29,465 nucleotides of DNA from contig JBIKRQ010000029.1 in assembly GCA_044349155.1 (NCBI GenBank), positions 1-29,465 of the forward strand. Direction: 5' to 3'. A program made the translations under genes and the position numbers. This document shows, in pieces, positions 26,077-29,465 of the stretch. Source of the DNA: Myxococcota bacterium. GTDB taxonomy: Bacteria > Myxococcota > UBA727 > VGSZ01. Each line of letters begins with the position of its first letter. Position 1 is the first letter of the stretch. The notes under the pieces were generated by a model, which saw nothing but the letters and a program-made list of their open reading frames with translations, was not told the origin of the DNA and did not search any database.

Positions 26077-27525
26077 TCAGCGCCCGCCGAGAATCTGCAG
26101 CGCTGCGCCCTTGCGCGCGTTTTTGTCGCCGAGCACGTCGGGGGCGATCACGTGGTGGCTGTTGAGGCGGTCGATCCAGTCGAGGGTGAGTTCGTCGTCG
26201 CGCGTGGTGACAAACACCCCCGACAACGTCGCTTTGCCCTTGAGCGTGTCCATGATCTTGCCGTCGACCTGACAACGCCCGTGGGTGATGAACGTGACCA
26301 CCACCTCTTTGGGGCTCTCGCGCATCAAGCGCGACAACTCACGCTCAAGCTCCATGAACACCCGCGTGGTGTTGCGACCGCGTTCGCTGCGAAAGCACAG
26401 CAGGTACGGAATGCGCATCTTTGACGACGACAACTCCTGCCGCTCGTACAACCGCGAATCGAAAAACCGCAGCCACACCGTTTCGCCGCGCAAGGTCATC
26501 TTCTTGGCCAACGCGAGGGCCAACCCGCGCGCAAACACCGTGCGCAGTCCGCGCATCGAGGCCGAAGCGTCGACGAGGATGTAGTGCAAGCGCTCGCGCT
26601 GCGTGTCTTGCTTCTCTCTGCCGTAGTAAAACAGCTCATTGTCGGCGTAGCGGCGATCGAACAAATCGTCGTCGTAGGCGAGCTCGCTGGGCAGGATGTT
26701 GTCGAGGTTGCCCTGCGTTTCGACACTCGCGTAGCCGTCGATGCTGAAGGTCTGTACCCCCGACGACTTCTTCGTTTCGAGCACGCTGGGCAGCAGGTCG
26801 AGCGAGAAGTTGGCGATGTCGTGGGCCGCCGGCGTGGCCAGGGCGCGGTACAGGTCGAGCAGGTCGGCGGCTCCTTCGCCGCCCACACCGCTGTCGCTCT
26901 TGAACATCTCGAGGAGCTTGAGGGTGTCGAGGTCGATTTCTTCGAGGCACACGCGAATGCGGGTGCGCGCATCAACGATGGTGACGAGAATGCTTTTGAT
27001 TTCGTCGGCCGACGCACTCGTGAGGTAGTGGGCGGGCTCGAGGCCGTCGTAGGTGGGTACGGTCAACGGCAGCTTGCGGTTGTGGCCCTTGCGTACGACG
27101 GCGGTTTGCACGGGCTCGACCACTTTGGCGATCACCGCCGCGAGCAGCTCGTCTTGCAGCCCCGCCGACGACGCCTTCTGGCACAGCTCAGAGCGGGCAA
27201 GGTCGACGAGGAGTTCGCCGTAGCCCTGCACCACGCGCTCCCACGTGGCGTCGATCTTGAGGGCACCGCGTTCAACAGCGAGCTTCAGCGACTTGTCACG
27301 ACGCTGCAGGCTGATCTGGCTCAAGGGTTGCGTGAGCAGCAAACCAAGATCGTGCACGAGGAAGTAGGGCAGCCCCAGGCCCAGACCGTCGAGGAGGTTG
27401 TGCCAATGGGCGGTGCGCACGAGCACCATCGGGTTCTCGGTGATCACCCGCGAAAACGTGAGGCTCGCGAGTTCGCGCTCGACGGTGTGGGGATCGACCT
27501 CAAAGACGGTGGCGGTGTTGGCCAT
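26077..27525 (-). CDS. von Willebrand factor A (vWA) domain protein with ~300-aa alpha-helical N-terminal domain. First gene of the vWA-patatin operon.
   Basis: C-terminal ..RERLHYILVDASASMRGLRTVFARGLALALAKKM.. (MIDAS D.S.S) ..VVVTFITHGRCQ.. fits the vWA pattern. Start taken at ATG 27525 (MANTATVFEVDPHTVE..); a GTG at 27540 is possible. Confidence 0.7.
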   Translation of the reverse strand: MANTATVFEVDPHTVERELASLTFSRVITENPMVLVRTAHWHNLLDGLGLGLPYFLVHDLGLLLTQPLSQISLQRRDKSLKLAVERGALKIDATWERVVQGYGELLVDLARSELCQKASSAGLQDELLAAVIAKVVEPVQTAVVRKGHNRKLPLTVPTYDGLEPAHYLTSASADEIKSILVTIVDARTRIRVCLEEIDLDTLKLLEMFKSDSGVGGEGAADLLDLYRALATPAAHDIANFSLDLLPSVLETKKSSGVQTFSIDGYASVETQGNLDNILPSELAYDDDLFDRRYADNELFYYGREKQDTQRERLHYILVDASASMRGLRTVFARGLALALAKKMTLRGETVWLRFFDSRLYERQELSSSKMRIPYLLCFRSERGRNTTRVFMELERELSRLMRESPKEVVVTFITHGRCQVDGKIMDTLKGKATLSGVFVTTRDDELTLDWIDRLNSHHVIAPDVLGDKNARKGAALQILGGR

Positions 27526-27616
27526 GGCGTCGTCTATCACCTTTCAACGCACCGGCGTCGATGACAGGGCCGAGCACACGTGCTATAGGTCGCGCCCCCC
27601 CTTCAAGGAGAACCCC

Positions 27617-28321
27617 ATGTTGCGTACATCGTTGCTTGCTCTCGTCGCTGCCGTTCCGTTTGTCATCGCTGCCTGTGTTTCCGTCGAGTCCGACGGTGAA
27701 GGCGAAGGCGAAGGCGAAGGTGAAGGCGAAGGCGAAGGCGAAGGCGAAGGTGAAGGTGAAGTTCCCGCGGGCGTGGCGGCGTACTGCGCGAAGTTTGCCG
27801 AGTGCGACGCCGAGACAGACGCTGCCGCTTGCGAGCAGGAAAACAGCGCGGGGCTTGTGGCCTCGACGGGCGTTGGTTCTGCGGCCTGCGACGCCGTCAA
27901 CGTCAACTACCTCGCTGCAGTGACCTGCCTGTCGGGCTTGACCTGCGAGGAACTCGCGGCCCAGGCCAGCTGTACGGCCGAGATCGCCGCCCTCGACCAG
28001 GATGCCCTCGGCAGCTGCTTCAACGGTGAAGAGCCCGTTGTGGCGCCCGAAGGCTGGAACTGCCGCGCGTCGTACATCGAGGACGCGGACTGCGATTGCG
28101 GCTGCGGCATCGCCGACCCGACCTGCGCCGGCGCGGGCTACAGCTCGGCCGATGCAGTGGCCGACGTTGGCAGCTGTGACTACTGCTACGACGCCGCCGG
28201 CGAGCCGATCGAGTGCGTTGGCGCGGCCGAAGGCGAAGGCGAGGGCGAAGGCGAAGGCGAGGGCGAAGGCGAGGGCGAAGGCGAAGGCGAAGGCGAGGGC
28301 GAAGGCGAAGGCGAAGGCTGA
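27617..28321 (+). CDS. Secreted Cys-rich lipoprotein flanked by N- and C-terminal (Gly-Glu)n repeats.
   Basis: AAGGAG RBS 7 nt upstream of ATG. MLRTSLLALVAAVPFVIAAC (lipobox IAAC), then (GE)11. A Cys-rich core follows (..YCAKFAECDAETDAAACEQE.., ..DCDCGCGIADPTCAG.., ..GSCDYCYD..), then (GE)15 and stop. The track ORF 27398..28321 starts too far upstream. Confidence 0.7.
   Translation: MLRTSLLALVAAVPFVIAACVSVESDGEGEGEGEGEGEGEGEGEGEGEVPAGVAAYCAKFAECDAETDAAACEQENSAGLVASTGVGSAACDAVNVNYLAAVTCLSGLTCEELAAQASCTAEIAALDQDALGSCFNGEEPVVAPEGWNCRASYIEDADCDCGCGIADPTCAGAGYSSADAVADVGSCDYCYDAAGEPIECVGAAEGEGEGEGEGEGEGEGEGEGEGEGEGEGEG
27695..27760 (+). repeat. (GGYGAA)x11 hexanucleotide repeat encoding (Gly-Glu)11.
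   Basis: Direct reading. A second array of ~15 units lies at ~28226-28318. A similar gccttcgcc array (GEGEGE on the minus strand) occurs at 9617-9660 in the other lipoprotein. Confidence 0.9.
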
Positions 28322-28343
28322 GCGATCGCTACCGATCGATCGA

Positions 28344-28379
28344 ACGCCCGTCGGCTTGCCGGCGGGCGTTTTTCTTTTC
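28344..28379 (+). terminator. Rho-independent terminator downstream of the (GE)n lipoprotein gene.
   Basis: aACGCCCGtcggcttgccggCGGGCGTttttctttt: 7-bp GC-rich stem (with internal CGGC/GCCG sub-pairing) followed by a T5CT4 tract. Confidence 0.7.
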
Positions 28380-28391
28380 AGGGTGGTGCGC

Positions 28392-29231
28392 ATGGCGACG
28401 CGGCTGCTGCACCTGTCGGACCTGCACTTCGGCACTGTTGTCGACAGCGCGCTCGATGCTGTGCGGCGCTTGATCGACCACGAGCGCCCCGACGTCATCG
28501 TCGTCAGCGGCGACGTCACGCAGCGTTCCCGTCGCAGCGAATGGGCGGGCGTCTCGGCGTGTTTGGCGTCGTTGCCAAATCCGCTGTTGGTGTGCGCGGG
28601 CAACCACGACGTCGAGTGGTTTCACCTGTGGCGACGTCTGCACGCGCCACTCACCGGCTTTCACGACGCGGTCGATCCCGAGCTGCAGCACGCGCTCGTG
28701 GTGGGCGATCTTGCCTTGGCCACCACGTCGTCGGTGGCACCGTTGCGGCCGGTCTCGGGGCGCATTGAGGTGGCCACCGTGGCAGCGGCGGCGACGTGGT
28801 GGGACACCGCTGCAGCCCCTGTGCGCATCGCCGTCACGCACCATCCCCTCGCGATCGACCGCCCTGCCCGTCCGCCCGAGGTCTGCCTCGACGCCCACGC
28901 CACCGCGACGGCGATGGCCACCGCCCACGTCGACATCCTGCTCAGTGGCCATGTGCACGTGCCGTTTGCGTGCACCACGGCGGCGGCGTTTTCAGCTTTG
29001 TCGCGGCCTTTTGTGCTCGTGGGAACAGGGACGGCGACGTCGTCACGCACCCGCGGCGCGCCGCGGGCTGTGCAGGTGCTCGATATCGAGCGGGATCGCT
29101 GCGTCGTGCGTCAACACGACCACGTCGACGACGGCTTTTGTCCGGGCGCTGTTTCGCGGTTTCTGCGCACAGAAACGGGCTGGCACAACGGCGCCCCGTC
29201 GACGCACAGCGACCGGACTGAAGTCCTCTAG
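28392..29231 (+). CDS. Calcineurin-like metallophosphoesterase.
   Basis: MATRLLHLSDLHFG (motif I D.H), DVIVVSGDVTQ (GD), VCAGNHD (GNH[DE]), ILLSGHVHVP (GH.H). Start at ATG 28392 with a GGTGG Shine-Dalgarno-like sequence upstream. The track ORF 28002..29231 overextends 5'. Confidence 0.8.
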   Translation: MATRLLHLSDLHFGTVVDSALDAVRRLIDHERPDVIVVSGDVTQRSRRSEWAGVSACLASLPNPLLVCAGNHDVEWFHLWRRLHAPLTGFHDAVDPELQHALVVGDLALATTSSVAPLRPVSGRIEVATVAAAATWWDTAAAPVRIAVTHHPLAIDRPARPPEVCLDAHATATAMATAHVDILLSGHVHVPFACTTAAAFSALSRPFVLVGTGTATSSRTRGAPRAVQVLDIERDRCVVRQHDHVDDGFCPGAVSRFLRTETGWHNGAPSTHSDRTEVL

Positions 29232-29329
29232 CAGGTTGCTGAAAAAGTCGGCAGTCGGTTCTCGACGAGAAATGAGGTGTTCGTCGTCGAGAGCTGCGCC
29301 AAATATCGGGTGTTCCGGATCTACCTGTC

Positions 29330-29465
29330 ATGCGTGGTGATTCGAAGCAGTCGTCGATGCTCTGCCTGATTTCGCCGGCCGACCGGGTGCCGAAGAACCA
29401 TCCTCTTCGACAGGTAAAGATCCTGGCCGACCGGGCGCTGGCCGACCTCTCGAAAGAGTTTGATG
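29330..29465 (+). mobile_element. 5' end of an IS5-family (DDE_Tnp_1 / InsH-N-terminal DUF772-type) transposase gene. The window ends inside it.
   Basis: MRGDSKQSSMLCLISPADRVPKNHPLRQVKILADRALADLSKEFD matches the conserved N-terminal block of IS5/IS1182-type transposases (M..sKQ..mf.y.s.e.rvP..HPLR.i....d.aL..L...Fd). The element inverted repeat is not identifiable in the ~100 bp available upstream. Confidence 0.6.

Noticed and set aside
26077-27525. Calling the vWA protein a Ro60/Rsr (TROVE) orthologue.
   Set aside because: Only the generic vWA/MIDAS block (LVDASASM) is recognisable by eye. The N-terminal helical domain shows no motif I can tie to TROVE. Kept as a hypothesis in findings, not as an annotation.

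Overview
The window is 29.5 kb of high-GC (~68-70%) bacterial DNA with densely packed coding sequence. Codon usage and domain content fit a Myxococcota-type genome, but no taxon can be assigned from sequence alone. About 22 genes can be supported. Because of the GC content nearly every frame is open, so calls rest on protein-level motif recognition rather than ORF length. The most striking content is a homologue of the eukaryotic major vault protein (MVP) at 2499-4892 on the minus strand. It sits at the 3' end of a probable four-gene minus-strand operon: an SRCR-domain lipoprotein, a ~950-aa protein built around a complete S-adenosyl-L-homocysteine-hydrolase (SAHH) fold, a 163-aa unknown, then MVP. 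A second paralogous SAHH-fold giant (~1085 aa) lies 5 kb away and is also paired with an acidic Cys-rich lipoprotein. Other content: a partial ATP-dependent DNA ligase with an N-terminal CxC...CxH zinc finger and a (Pro-Ala)n tail; a eukaryotic-like Ser/Thr kinase fused to an FGE-sulfatase domain; an orphan RtcB RNA ligase; a LysR-dabB-dabA (DUF2309 plus NuoL-like) inorganic-carbon-pump module; a vWA-protein/patatin two-gene operon followed by three perfect tandem 90-bp hairpin-containing repeats; a third (Gly-Glu)n lipoprotein; a metallophosphoesterase; and the 5' end of an IS5-family transposase at the right edge. My reading of line 1201 (between its flanking line breaks at 1200/1201 and 1260/1261) appears shifted by one nucleotide relative to the ORF track; I followed the ORF-track coordinates there, so coordinates may be off by +/-1 in places.
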